This document shows positions 36,749-48,300 of a stretch of DNA of 64,000 nt, piece after piece. The DNA is taken from the IMG/VR virus record IMGVR_UViG_3300021964_000020, one strand, 5' to 3'. Numbering within the stretch: the first letter of the stretch is position 1; each line of letters starts with the position of its first letter. Under the pieces are notes generated by a model that made no database searches, had not been told where the DNA came from, and worked only from the letters and a program-made list of their open reading frames with translations. This stretch comes from an uncultured virus (IMG/VR IMGVR_UViG_3300021964_000020). Its lineage: Duplodnaviria; Heunggongvirae; Uroviricota; Caudoviricetes. The position numbers and the translations under genes are program-made.

Positions 36749-39040
36749 TTAAAAATCTATTTTAATAGAAAATACTTGAGTTCCGACGCGTTTTACGGGT
36801 GAGGATGTTTTAGCGTTAACTAAAATTTCTTTGTTTTGATCCAATAGTGCAACCTCAGTAACATATTTATCGTTGACCCTCGCGACGTTACTGTAGGTTG
36901 GGTTCTGTGTTTCATTCCATTGACTATGTGGTAAGTTCACTAAGAATCTCATCTCCTCAATATCTGTACACCTAACTAATTTCACTGACCCGGGGAATGT
37001 TTGTTCGTCACCAAACTGTGGTTCGTTTGTTGATGTTTCTGTACCTAAGTATTCATAATCTGTTGATGTATTTACTACGTGATCTTCGAAGTCAAACAAT
37101 GATCCGTTGTCAATATCTGCACCTGTGATAATAAAACTATTTTCTCTTAAGTTAGTTGGATTAATTAAATTACCAACTGTGTGATTTGGGATCATTGATG
37201 TGATATCTATCTTGGTCCATTGTGATGGATCAGGTAATTTATCGTCGTATTCCGTTGTTTCCTGTACAAGAACATAAAGTCTATCAGCAATGTACCCTTG
37301 GGTTACATCTGTGAATGATGTTTTTAAATGTTGGAAAGACCCTATCCCATTTGGATGATCAACTCCTCCCCATTTTATTGCAATGTTTGCGGGATAGTTA
37401 ATTTCACACTCACCCTCTACCACATTAACCTGTACTTTACTAAAGTTATTACATGGAAGACCATTTAATTGGGAGTCTTGGGCGTATTCTAACATATATG
37501 TTATCCAATAGGTTTGGCTTGTGGATCCACTAAATGCAGCATCCGCTATTGCACCATCACTTGGTACATGATAAACTTTAGGTGTTGGTAATGTATGTCT
37601 TCTATTACTTCTGTAATCTAATAATGTAACCATCTCTTGGTCATCAAAAACGATCACTTTTTTATCTACAAAGACTTTACCTACCTTCTCACCAATCTCA
37701 TCTAATAGGTATCTATATTTAATATATTTCGTTCTAATATCACCGGGTCTACCCGCCACTGTCGAATCTAAATAATAGTCAGTGGTATCCATTTTAAACT
37801 CGGCACCAATCGTAGTTCCCGTACCATTCTCATAATAGATGTATGGTATATAGACATTAAAGAATTCAACGTCTGTTACAATATCCTCATCGACAAGTAC
37901 TCCGTCAGTAGTTGAACTACCTATATAGTCATCATATTTAAAAAATCTATCAGGATCATCATATATGTGACCTAACTGTGAGTAATGAATTACCGCAATA
38001 CATTTTTGTTCTTCAGGAGAAACAGTTATTGTTTCCCCATATGAATTTGTGTACGTTGTTCCCGTGTTGGTAACTTGACCTTCCGATGTACCGTATCCAA
38101 GATATTCTTTTGTGGATATGTGTTTAGCACTTGTAAAACCACTAATGCTTTCGTCTGTACCATTTACGTCAGAACCAATTGGTTTTTCACTCCACACGAC
38201 GTTTAAACTCCATGGATCGTGTTGTTCACTTGGGTCTACTTGATTAGATACACAAGCATCCGCCACTTCTAAACTCAAGGGGTTTTCAATTCTACAATCA
38301 TTTTTAATTACTTGAGCAAATCCCAAAATAGATGATAAGTCAGGTGTTGATCTATCTAAATATAGGGTTGTTTGACCCGTAATTACCTCATCACAATTTG
38401 GTGTTGTTGTACTACCTGTAACTGTTGTCGATCCCGTAACTCTATAAACTAAACTCATTGAGTTACCTGAAATGACTTGATCTTCATTTAATAATTCATT
38501 TCCAAATGCCACTGTTATGTATTCAGTATCATTAAAACTATGTAGGAGTAGTAAATCTGTGTCCGTTTGAGTAACTCCACTACATGTACCATAATCAATA
38601 GTCTCTGTAAATGTGATAGTATTAGTACCTGTAAAACCTGACAGTGGTAATCTAACACTTGTACATTCTATAGTAGTTCCCGAACATTCCGCAGCATCAT
38701 ATTCTTTATACTCTGTGACAAATCCTGCGGGACCCATTCCATTCCTAATCGTTGTTGTTATGGAGTCCATAATTGGTACACCATAGGTTGTTGAATCAGA
38801 ATCGATTGTTAATTTATATGGGTATTTTACTTGGGAGTCTTTATCAAAAGGTGCAAATACATTTTGTTGTGGAGTATCCTGTACACCATCTAAAGAATTA
38901 AATGGGACAGTATAGTCAAATTCAGAATCCCCTACTTGGAAAAATTTAATTTGAAAGTTTCCCTCTGCAATGGATTTTCTACCCTTTTGGGTTAATCTTG
39001 CTGAGAGAAATTCTGCATTATTTTGACTTAGGAAACTCAT
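36749..39040 (-). CDS. Virion structural protein (tail/baseplate, collar-fibre-like termini)
   Basis: N-terminal LTQKGR..I..FQVGDSE and C-terminal VTEVALLD..ILVNAKTSSPVKR, typical of tail-collar-type proteins. Confidence 0.7.
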   Translation of the reverse strand: MSFLSQNNAEFLSARLTQKGRKSIAEGNFQIKFFQVGDSEFDYTVPFNSLDGVQDTPQQNVFAPFDKDSQVKYPYKLTIDSDSTTYGVPIMDSITTTIRNGMGPAGFVTEYKEYDAAECSGTTIECTSVRLPLSGFTGTNTITFTETIDYGTCSGVTQTDTDLLLLHSFNDTEYITVAFGNELLNEDQVISGNSMSLVYRVTGSTTVTGSTTTPNCDEVITGQTTLYLDRSTPDLSSILGFAQVIKNDCRIENPLSLEVADACVSNQVDPSEQHDPWSLNVVWSEKPIGSDVNGTDESISGFTSAKHISTKEYLGYGTSEGQVTNTGTTYTNSYGETITVSPEEQKCIAVIHYSQLGHIYDDPDRFFKYDDYIGSSTTDGVLVDEDIVTDVEFFNVYIPYIYYENGTGTTIGAEFKMDTTDYYLDSTVAGRPGDIRTKYIKYRYLLDEIGEKVGKVFVDKKVIVFDDQEMVTLLDYRSNRRHTLPTPKVYHVPSDGAIADAAFSGSTSQTYWITYMLEYAQDSQLNGLPCNNFSKVQVNVVEGECEINYPANIAIKWGGVDHPNGIGSFQHLKTSFTDVTQGYIADRLYVLVQETTEYDDKLPDPSQWTKIDITSMIPNHTVGNLINPTNLRENSFIITGADIDNGSLFDFEDHVVNTSTDYEYLGTETSTNEPQFGDEQTFPGSVKLVRCTDIEEMRFLVNLPHSQWNETQNPTYSNVARVNDKYVTEVALLDQNKEILVNAKTSSPVKRVGTQVFSIKIDF

Positions 39041-39090
39041 ACTTAAAATATATCTGTTTTAATCTTATTAATAAATATCAAATTATAAAT

Positions 39091-40209
39091 TTATTGTTGA
39101 CAATGTAAGAAATCGTTACAACCGCCAACAGGGGCTTCCCTCGATATATAAGCAGTCTCACTATCAACCGCCGCTTGGAAATTTGTATCTATTATGGTTC
39201 CACAATACGTTGCACTACCACAACCCGCACTTGCGTATATAAATTGTACAACATCCCCAACACTATAGGTATTAATAGGAATTATAAAATTACCCCCTTG
39301 ACATTGCATACCTTGGGGTGCGTGGAAATCAAATCCATTTATACAGTCTTGGATTCTATAATATGTCTCTGTTTGTGGTGGACTATATACACAATTCTTA
39401 TTTATACTACATATACCCCCATTAGGTGGTCTTTCTACTCCACTTGGGTCAGTAATTGCCGTCCCTCCACCTTGGGCATTAAAATCGTAATATAAAGGAT
39501 GGGACTCACTACACACCCCATAGACTTCACCAACCACACCATCATAAGTGGTAGGTGTGGACGTTAGATTACTAAATGGTGTGATTACAATATTTCCACC
39601 TTGGACATAATCCAAACCATATCCTGATGTATTAATAGAGTTAGGAACAAACACAAACCTACATGATTGAAGTCCCGGTGTTGATGTTGGGTCGTTAGTT
39701 GGGTTCGGAGTTGGTTCGTTTGTTGGGTTTGGTGTTGGTTCATTTGTTGGATTAGGTGTTGGGAATGGGGTTCCCTGTGGTGTGGCCGTCGGGTTTGCTG
39801 TTTTTTCAGGTGTAGGTTGTGGTGTTGCATTAGGTGTTGATGTTGGTGCATTCGTCGGTAAAATAGTTGTTGTTGGATTAGGTGTTGGGTTTGGTGTTGC
39901 AGTAGGTTGTGGTGGAACGTGTTCCATAAAAGATACACATAGATCACAATCAACTCTCGGTGATTCGATAAATATATCTTGTTCGTGACACCCATCACTC
40001 TGTAATCTTATACCGAAGGATAATAATTCATCATCAACATAAAATTCAAGAGGTGAAGTGATTACTTCAGGAAAAGATAAAACAGGTTCTTCAGTGAACC
40101 CCCAATTACTTGTGTCCCCACTTGTGGTTCCTGTATATACATTAACAGGAAAATCACTAATACTGTGATTAGGGTCTGTACTTAAACCTATTCTAATTAA
40201 CTTACTCAT
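39091..40209 (-). CDS. Pro/Thr-linker protein with Cys-rich modules
   Basis: PT linker; middle module shared with the 697-aa protein; C-terminal module shared with the 1747-aa protein. Confidence 0.75.
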   Translation of the reverse strand: MSKLIRIGLSTDPNHSISDFPVNVYTGTTSGDTSNWGFTEEPVLSFPEVITSPLEFYVDDELLSFGIRLQSDGCHEQDIFIESPRVDCDLCVSFMEHVPPQPTATPNPTPNPTTTILPTNAPTSTPNATPQPTPEKTANPTATPQGTPFPTPNPTNEPTPNPTNEPTPNPTNDPTSTPGLQSCRFVFVPNSINTSGYGLDYVQGGNIVITPFSNLTSTPTTYDGVVGEVYGVCSESHPLYYDFNAQGGGTAITDPSGVERPPNGGICSINKNCVYSPPQTETYYRIQDCINGFDFHAPQGMQCQGGNFIIPINTYSVGDVVQFIYASAGCGSATYCGTIIDTNFQAAVDSETAYISREAPVGGCNDFLHCQQ

Positions 40210-40212
40210 CTA

Positions 40213-41388
40213 TTAACAACTTGGAACGTTATATCCTAAATTATTCATTGCATTAACTATTAAGTCAGCATAGTATTGTGGGGTAGATCCCGCAATTACA
40301 TCTTGGACACCCGAGACTTCATTCTTATCACTCAATCCCGAAGTACCTGCATAATACCCAAGACCATTAAATACCGCATTTATGAAATTTTGGTACTGTG
40401 GGTAGATATCCTGTCCACCTGATAATGTATCTACTTGGAAAATTATACCTCTATGAGATGTTGGTGTTGTTGCATTTTCCAATTCGTTTCTAAGTTGTGC
40501 AATATCCGCATCACCACTTACACTACCATCGGTCCACCCACTCACAGTTATTCTTTCCGCTTCATATCTATTGTTACTTTCATCAGCAAAGGCCAAGTTC
40601 ACCACATTATACGAAGGATTTGATGGTGGAGTTGCAATCCATTGAATTGCCCTTTCATCACTTTTATTAGTAATCGTTACTCTTTGATTATATAAACTCA
40701 CGTCGTTATTATAGAATGGTAATAAACAGTTCTGTAGTATGTTATCCCTCATATTAACAAGTGGGGATAATGTTGTATTCATCGAACCTGAACTATCGAA
40801 GAATATATTAATCTCAGTTTCCGTATTAATTAAAATCGTGGGTGTTGGTGTTGGTGATGGTTGTACTGTTGATTGTGGTGTTGCCGTTGGGAATTGTGTT
40901 GGTGTGGGGTTCGGTGTTGCAAATGGTGTTGCTGTTGGTGGTGCGGTAATTTCTAATGTGGGGTATGGTGTTGGTGTTGGGCAGGTATCGGGGTCATAGA
41001 CCACTTCAAAAGATATTCTGTCATAACACTCAAAGGTCTTAGAATCATTTATATATATATTTTCAACTATATATCTTGGTGTATTGTCTCCGTCACATAC
41101 ACTAATCACATTAACGTTGTCCTCTAACTTCAACCAATACTGAGTGTCAAACTCAATATCATGAAAAATTATTTCTGAAGGTTGTGGCGTTCCATTTGTT
41201 ATTAATGGATCATTATCTCCAATGTATATGGGATAATCTCTATAATTTCTCGCATTTGATGATGGCCAAGAACCATTTGCAGTATTAGGGTTGTTCAATG
41301 GTGTAAATGGTCCATAAGGAGATAACCCAATACTTAAATCAAAGTTATTAGGTGATTCAATATCATAAACACGAATTAATAGTCCCAT
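40213..41388 (-). CDS. Pro/Thr-linker protein with C-terminal vWA-like domain
   Basis: PT linker followed by INIFFDSSGSM (MIDAS DxSxS) and LAFADE. Confidence 0.7.
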   Translation of the reverse strand: MGLLIRVYDIESPNNFDLSIGLSPYGPFTPLNNPNTANGSWPSSNARNYRDYPIYIGDNDPLITNGTPQPSEIIFHDIEFDTQYWLKLEDNVNVISVCDGDNTPRYIVENIYINDSKTFECYDRISFEVVYDPDTCPTPTPYPTLEITAPPTATPFATPNPTPTQFPTATPQSTVQPSPTPTPTILINTETEINIFFDSSGSMNTTLSPLVNMRDNILQNCLLPFYNNDVSLYNQRVTITNKSDERAIQWIATPPSNPSYNVVNLAFADESNNRYEAERITVSGWTDGSVSGDADIAQLRNELENATTPTSHRGIIFQVDTLSGGQDIYPQYQNFINAVFNGLGYYAGTSGLSDKNEVSGVQDVIAGSTPQYYADLIVNAMNNLGYNVPSC

Positions 41389-41431
41389 ACTTCATATAAA
41401 TACTTACGAATAGACTTTATATATAAAACAA

Positions 41432-41875
41432 TTAAGATAAAAGGTTAATGTATTTTAAGATCTTTTCTTTAAATTGTCCATGGTAATCGTATTTATCAAA
41501 ATCATAGTTTTCTAAAATATTTTTATAGTGACTTAGGTAACTATCTCTACTTATAATTTTAATCTCTTGATTGTTAATTATTTTAGTGATGTAGTTAGGG
41601 TAATCTATATCCAAATACACATCAATGAACTCTCTATTGGGTATCGTAATAAACATTCTTTTCTTTTCTCTAAAGGGTGTTCTCTCACCATTTTCATTTA
41701 TTTCATACTCACCCAAACTCTTTAATACATTAAAGACTACTTCATCTATAACAATAATGTCAACCTCTCTTTTCCTTGATTTTATATCAATTCCATGATG
41801 AATCATTGATCTTGACCCTACAAGGACAAAATCACCCCCAATTAAATCGTATATTTCTTTAATTAAATGATCCAT
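41432..41875 (-). CDS. Nucleotidyltransferase-like protein (Pol-beta superfamily)
   Basis: FVLVGS..EVDIIV..FIDV pattern; probable start ATG at 41875. Confidence 0.5.
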   Translation of the reverse strand: MDHLIKEIYDLIGGDFVLVGSRSMIHHGIDIKSRKREVDIIVIDEVVFNVLKSLGEYEINENGERTPFREKKRMFITIPNREFIDVYLDIDYPNYITKIINNQEIKIISRDSYLSHYKNILENYDFDKYDYHGQFKEKILKYINLLS

Positions 41876-41900
41876 AAAAAAAACCCTCATTGAGGGTTTT
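41876..41900 (-). terminator. Intrinsic terminator
   Basis: AAAACCCTC/GAGGGTTTT stem with U8 on the minus strand, after the 697-aa gene. Confidence 0.7.
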
Positions 41901-41905
41901 AATTT

Positions 41906-43999
41906 TTATTGTGGTGTTGAGGTTGGTTCAATACCTTCATTGAACGGATTCTCAGGATCTCCACCCCCACTTTCACAATCAATTGATCCAACACTAAGTA
42001 CTACACCATCAATATCAATGACTACATATTGTGGTCCAATTGATGTTTGTGACCCCGCATTTTGATTTGTACTAATAAAGTAATATCTCGATGGATTACC
42101 CTGATAAGGGGTGTTATTTGAATTGTATAGAGTTTCATCTTGTAAACCACTTATTTGTGTATTAAAACCTGTACCAAATACTAATGTACTCGCTAAATAA
42201 TTGGTATCACAGAAGTCGCTCACTGAAAATCTTGCTGATGATATAAAGAACTCATTCTCCGCAACTACCAATGTTGATGTAGGTGTTGGTGGTGGTGTAT
42301 TCGTTGGTGCTGGAGTAGTACCTGTCGAACATGGACCTTCAGCCGTAACATTTGTTGTACCATATGTTACAGATACCGTACCTGTTTGTGCACAGAACGT
42401 ACCGTATCCTCCCGGTGGGAAACTAAATGATTGTGGATTACCACTACAATCCATGTAGGATATTTGTCTGTTAGGATCACCAAACGATCCTGAATCGTCG
42501 TAAGTATATTCCGTACATGATACTGCCGCTGTTGGAGATGCGGTTGGGTTAGGGGTTGGTCGTGGTGTGGATGTAGGTCCTACTCCACCACCTGAGGTAC
42601 AATCACCCTCTAATAATATGGTAGTTGTACCATATTGTGCGGATGCTGATCCTTGTTCTGCACAGAATACACCGTATCCTCCCGGTGGGAAAGTAAATGA
42701 TTGTGCGATACCATCACAATCATTGTAGTATATTCGTCTGTCAGGGTCACCAAACGATGCTGAATCGTCGTAACTATATTCCACACACGTAATTGCTGTG
42801 GTTGGGTTAGGGGTTGCTGTTGGTTCAGGGGTTGGTGTTGCCGTTGGTGGTGTCCATACACATGGTGCTGTTGTACATGCACCTCCTTGTGGTAATAAGT
42901 TTACATCAACAGGGAATACCGATGTTGTATTACTAAATGAATCCCAATATTGAGGTGTGATTGTTGAACACACACCGAAGATTTGTGATGTACCCGTATC
43001 ATACGACATCATCTGATTAAAAGTGGATTGTTGTATACCATTCACAGGGTGGTTCCATCTAAGACCGAATCTCTCAGTATCCATTGGTGCATCATTATCT
43101 ACTTCAACAAATTCACAATATCCAACAGGTGTTAATGTTGGTGTTGATGTTGCGGTTGGTATTGGTGTTTCGGTTGGTTCAGGGTCAAACACACATTGGA
43201 TGTCTTTCGTACAAACACCACCATTACCTAAATCTTCTGTTAATACTCCATCAATAGGTGTTGTTGTATTACTTTGTTGATCCCAAACACTTGGGAATAA
43301 CGTACTACATACGGAAACAACAAATCCTTCTTGGTTGTTGTAGGTGTAAGGAACGCTAAGCATGCTACCAAACACTTGATTAGTTAATCCATTTTCAGGA
43401 TTATTCCATCTAAGACCTGTTCTTGCCGTATCAACTTCAGGTGAAACCCAAACGTTGTAACACAAACCGTTTATTTGTGCGGTTGGTGAGGGTGTCGGTG
43501 TTGGTGGTAATGCTTCAGTTAACGATGGTGTTGGTGTTGGTGTGTCTGCAGTTGGACTTGGTGTTGGTGTTAATGTTTCAGTTAACGATGGTGTTGGTGT
43601 TGGTGTGTCTGCAGTTGGACTTGGTGTTGGTGTTGGTGTGTCTGCAGTTGGACTTGGTGTTGGTGTTAATGTTTCAGTTAACGATGGTGTTGGTGTTGGA
43701 TCATTAGTTGCGGTTGGGAACGGTGTTGATGTTGGGTTTGCGGTTAACGGATATTCAACAAAATATGTTGGACAATCCGATTGTACTAATGGGTTGGTAT
43801 TAACTAAAAAGACACTCGTGGCATTATCAGGTACACTAACTAAAACACCATTTTGAACCTGTGTTAATGTTAGGTTTTCCGCCAAATCCGAGGTACCGTA
43901 TATGGTAGCAATGTTATTACTATCAATTGATGTGTGATAAATCGTGTATGGTCCTGAGTTCGTTCCTGATGTTAACGTGACCGTAAAATGTCTTGCCAT
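41906..43999 (-). CDS. Multidomain Pro/Thr-linker protein with duplicated Cys-rich modules
   Basis: N-domain paralogous to the 1747-aa protein; 2x GLRWN..VCST module; 2x C.EY.YDDS.SFGDP..FPPGGYG.FCA module; tandem DNA repeats at ~43520-43700. Confidence 0.8.
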   Translation of the reverse strand: MARHFTVTLTSGTNSGPYTIYHTSIDSNNIATIYGTSDLAENLTLTQVQNGVLVSVPDNATSVFLVNTNPLVQSDCPTYFVEYPLTANPTSTPFPTATNDPTPTPSLTETLTPTPSPTADTPTPTPSPTADTPTPTPSLTETLTPTPSPTADTPTPTPSLTEALPPTPTPSPTAQINGLCYNVWVSPEVDTARTGLRWNNPENGLTNQVFGSMLSVPYTYNNQEGFVVSVCSTLFPSVWDQQSNTTTPIDGVLTEDLGNGGVCTKDIQCVFDPEPTETPIPTATSTPTLTPVGYCEFVEVDNDAPMDTERFGLRWNHPVNGIQQSTFNQMMSYDTGTSQIFGVCSTITPQYWDSFSNTTSVFPVDVNLLPQGGACTTAPCVWTPPTATPTPEPTATPNPTTAITCVEYSYDDSASFGDPDRRIYYNDCDGIAQSFTFPPGGYGVFCAEQGSASAQYGTTTILLEGDCTSGGGVGPTSTPRPTPNPTASPTAAVSCTEYTYDDSGSFGDPNRQISYMDCSGNPQSFSFPPGGYGTFCAQTGTVSVTYGTTNVTAEGPCSTGTTPAPTNTPPPTPTSTLVVAENEFFISSARFSVSDFCDTNYLASTLVFGTGFNTQISGLQDETLYNSNNTPYQGNPSRYYFISTNQNAGSQTSIGPQYVVIDIDGVVLSVGSIDCESGGGDPENPFNEGIEPTSTPQ

Positions 44000-44053
44000 G
44001 TTCTTTTTTTTTATATACTTTATAAATATCGTAGAATTATAAAATGTCCTGAT

Positions 44054-44617
44054 TTAAACAGGGTTATCGAAAAATTCTTCTATTGTCCCCACTAATTCAC
44101 AATCCAATGTTGCGGTTGGACTTGGTGTTGATGGTGGTGTTGATGTTAAAGTTGGGCTCGGAGTAGGTTCATTAAACTCAACCACCGAAATAATCATATC
44201 ACAATCTGTCTGTTCTACAACTGAGATAGTCATGTTACAATCTGTCTGTTCTACAACTGAGATAGTCATAGTACAGTCTAATGTGAACATTTCGACAACA
44301 GAGATACCAATATTACAATCTAAAGGTGGTGGGGTTGGGTTTGGTGGACATTGTTCACAATCTATGTTTAATAATTGTACCTGAAATCCACCCTGTTTTT
44401 TAGGGTTTTCCGATGGTGGTGGATCAATATGTCCATCACAGTGTTCGACAAAAACATAAAGTGGTCCCGTGTAACTACCTCCGTCCCAAGTATGTGGTAA
44501 ACTGTGTGTTCCTAATACATTGGCATTATCTATATTATATGTCGTACCCGTATATATGTTGTATTGATCACATACACCGTTATCATATAGATTTGTAATG
44601 GTAATTAGTACACCCAT
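44054..44617 (-). CDS. Small Cys-motif repeat protein
   Basis: Four tandem DCxxxISVVE units (36-nt DNA repeats), a PT linker and DCELVGTIEEFF. Confidence 0.75.
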   Translation of the reverse strand: MGVLITITNLYDNGVCDQYNIYTGTTYNIDNANVLGTHSLPHTWDGGSYTGPLYVFVEHCDGHIDPPPSENPKKQGGFQVQLLNIDCEQCPPNPTPPPLDCNIGISVVEMFTLDCTMTISVVEQTDCNMTISVVEQTDCDMIISVVEFNEPTPSPTLTSTPPSTPSPTATLDCELVGTIEEFFDNPV

Positions 44618-44667
44618 GAGTTTTTACTTCTTATTATAAATACTTTGTTAGAAGGATTACTTTAAAT

Positions 44668-44694
44668 AAAAAAACCCACCGAAGTGGGTTTTTT
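44668..44694 (-). terminator. Intrinsic terminator, bidirectional
   Basis: AAAAAACCCAC/GTGGGTTTTTT stem with a UUCG-type loop on the minus strand. Confidence 0.8.
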
Positions 44695-44713
44695 AATATA
44701 GTTGTTGTTTTTA

Positions 44714-45256
44714 TTATAATTCGTTATCACACGTTCCCCCAACCTCATAGATTGTAGAATCCGCCAAGGCGACGACATCTCGAAAGTATGTATAAATTGT
44801 ACCTTCGTATAATGAATTACCCTGATTAACGTTAATATTATCACCCACAACAGGACTTGGTGTTCCTCCTTTTTGAACCCAATCAGCATTTGAGATAATA
44901 ACAGTTTCTGGCGATTCACCATTGATGCTGTTACATTTTTGGAATTGGTGATTGGTTTGAGGGTCTTCTCCCAATGTTGGTGACGGTGTAGGTTCGGGAG
45001 TATCTCCCTCACAATTATCTAATCCCGCCCACGGAACTGAGTTAGGACATGTTCCTGTTGATGTTACGGTACCTCCTGAAATGGTATCAGCAACTTGATA
45101 CGTCACACCATTTATTAGGTCTTGTTTACTTACCCCTGTAGCAATAGTTGTATTTGCTGGGGACCCATTACAATGTATCCCTACGATTGTAAAGTTATCT
45201 GCCTCTGTGGTTCCCGTAAATTGGGACTGCATCGTAAATGTTACTTGATATGCCAT
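44714..45256 (-). CDS. Two-domain Pro/Thr-linker protein
   Basis: N-domain has IATGVSKQDLINGV, similar to the 697- and 1747-aa paralogs; short PT linker; Cys-bounded C-domain. Confidence 0.75.
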   Translation of the reverse strand: MAYQVTFTMQSQFTGTTEADNFTIVGIHCNGSPANTTIATGVSKQDLINGVTYQVADTISGGTVTSTGTCPNSVPWAGLDNCEGDTPEPTPSPTLGEDPQTNHQFQKCNSINGESPETVIISNADWVQKGGTPSPVVGDNINVNQGNSLYEGTIYTYFRDVVALADSTIYEVGGTCDNEL

Positions 45257-45329
45257 TTTAATTTATTTTTTTAATCTGTTTATTATAAATATCTCTGTTT
45301 TTAGAAATGTTTAGTTTATTATTTATTTG

Positions 45330-48300
45330 TTATTGGAAACATCTTAAATCCTCACAACCATCCATTAAATCTTGATTCGTAATTATGGCGGTGGCGTCAA
45401 CACCTAATCCTGTTTCTGAGACTCGACCACAGTAAGTTGCCTCATGAGGACAATCAGTACCATACGCGTATTGTACATAATCACCAACATTGATTTCAAA
45501 AGGATTTAGACTTAAGTTACCATCCTGACAAATTTCTATACTACTCGCATAATATATTTGGTCTGTAATACAATCTCTAATACTAATGTCTGCAATCATT
45601 CCACCTCCTCCCGGATCCTTAGTAAATGTAGATTGTATTAAACTACTCTCCGTACATCCATTCGCATCTGTGACTATCACATAGTAATAACCTTCCGCAA
45701 GGTTACTGAAAGTTTGTGTTGGGTTTGATGCTGTCACACCCGTTATTGTCGCAACTAAGCTACCACCACCAACAGTATATGGTGATGTGGTATCTCTGTA
45801 AAGTCTATATGTTTTATTCCATGTACCACCACCCGAGGTAACCGTAATAGATCCGTTCGCACCCGCAACAAATCCCGATATCAATACTGTGTTCGCCGTT
45901 GGTTGTGAAACCACAACACTATACGATTCAGTACAACCTATCATATCCCTCAAATGAACAGTATATGTACCTGATGAAAGGTTTGTATAAAAATACGATG
46001 TACTTGAGAATCCAATCCATGAACCCGTGTTAAGTCTTACTTCATATAGACTAAAAGTCCCACCTCCATTCGCACCCGTCGGATTAGACACTAAGATTCC
46101 TCCATCCGATCCGCCGGCACACGATACTGAATTTGCATTGAATGTCGCACTTGGTGCTGATTTACTTAAAGTAACACTACTTGTGGATGATAGACATGAA
46201 CTTCCATCTTTAACTCGAATACTATAAGTCCCAACACTTAAAGAACTAAATGAATTAGATGTTTGCCATGTTGACCCACCATTCTTAGAATATTGGTAGG
46301 ACCCTACACCACCTGATGCTGTCACTTCAATACCACCATCACTACCATCGTGACATGTTGGGTCTGATTTAGTTGTGGTAAAAGTAACCGCTGCTGGTTG
46401 TGTTATTGTTTTATTATAGGACCTTGTACAACCATCAGTGTCTTTAACAGTGATTGTATATGTTCCCGACGATAAATTTGAATAGGTTTTAGGGAATGTT
46501 GTTGTATAACTACCACTACCTAATTTAACACTATAAGGTACTCCATTACCCCCACTTGGGTTAGAAACCGTGATTGATCCATCAGATCCACCGTTACATG
46601 TTACATTTGATTGAGTTACAGTCGCCGCAACCGCACTTTTAGAAAGAGTAACAGTTCGGGATGCGGTACAACCATTCTGATCTGTAGCAATTAAAGTATA
46701 TGACCCTTCACTTAAGTTTGTGTGTGATAATGAAGTGGTTGCCGACCCATTTAAAGTATATGTCTTACTACCCGTACCACCGCCAACGGTGAAAGTGATA
46801 GACCCGTCAGATCCACCATCACAAGTCGGATCGGTATGACTATCAGAAATTGTTATTGCTGATGGTTGTGATATGGTGACTGAGTATGATCTCGTACACT
46901 CATCTTGGTCTCTTAGGTATACGGTATGATTCGCAACCGAAACGCCAGTAAATAGGTATGAGGTACTTGAGAAATTAATCCAAGAACCACTATCTAACTT
47001 AACTTGGTAATTAGAGAACGTTCCACCACCATTACCACCTGTTGGGTTGGATATTTCTATCGATCCTCTATCACCATTACATAGTGGATTTGATGATGTA
47101 ACCGTTGCACTTGGTTTAGATTTACTTAAAGTAAATGATACAGTATCAACACACGCATTGGAATCTTTCACATAACCCGTATATGAACCTACACTCAAAT
47201 TAGAGAAAGTGGCTGACGTGTAATATGTGATTCCGTTTATTGAATAGAGTTTTGATCCCGTACCTCCTGTCGACGAAAGAGTAACACTACCGTCACTTCC
47301 ATCCCAACATGTGGGATGGGTCACACTCGCAGATGCAACTAATGCAGTTGGTTGAGTTATTGTTCTCGTATATGTGGTTGTACATTCCTGACTATCCCTA
47401 ACACTGAAAGTATAGGTACCCGCACTTAAATTACTAAATGTCTTAGTACTGTTAAATGTGGTCCAAGTTCCTCCTTGCCATTGGTATTGGTATGTTGGTC
47501 CATTACCACCCGCAGGTGTCTGTGCTGTTAAACTACCGTTTGACCCACCGTTACAGGATACATTAGATGTTGATATACTTGAAGTTACCTGTGATTTAGA
47601 TAGTGTTCTCGATGTAGTTCCTGTACATCCATTACCATCTCTAATTGTAATTGTGTATGATCCCGTACTTAAGTTTGAGAATGTGTTTGATGTTTGGTAA
47701 CTACCACTATTTAATTTGTATTCATATGATCCATTACCTCCACTTGCATTAACAGTAATACTACCATCAGTGCTGTTATGACATAACGGATTAGAATATG
47801 TTGTTGTCGCAGTAACGGCATTTGGTTGTGTTAATGTACGATCGTATATCGTCTCACATCCGTTACCGTCTTTGACTGTAATTCTATAAGAACCTGCGGT
47901 TAAGTTTTCATGTGTGACACTTTCTTCTGATGTTAACGGTTGGTATTCTCCCCCACCTAATTTAACCTCATAATCCGCACCTGTTCCTCCCGCAGGATTC
48001 GATATAACGATAGAACCGTCTGATCCGCCGTTACATGTAATATGTGTTAAAGTAATAGTTGCACTAACCGCAACCTTACTGATGTTAACTGAAACACTAT
48101 CAGTACATCCATTCGCGTCACGAACAATAATTCCGTAAGTCCCTTGAGAAAGGTTTGAGAATGTACCTGAGGATTGGTAATTTATGAGGTCTTTCGTGTA
48201 TTCATATGGTGATGTACCACCTGTCGCGGATACTGTGATTTCACCATCAGTACTATTATGACAGGTAGGGTATGTTTTAGATGATTCTGTTACATTCAAT

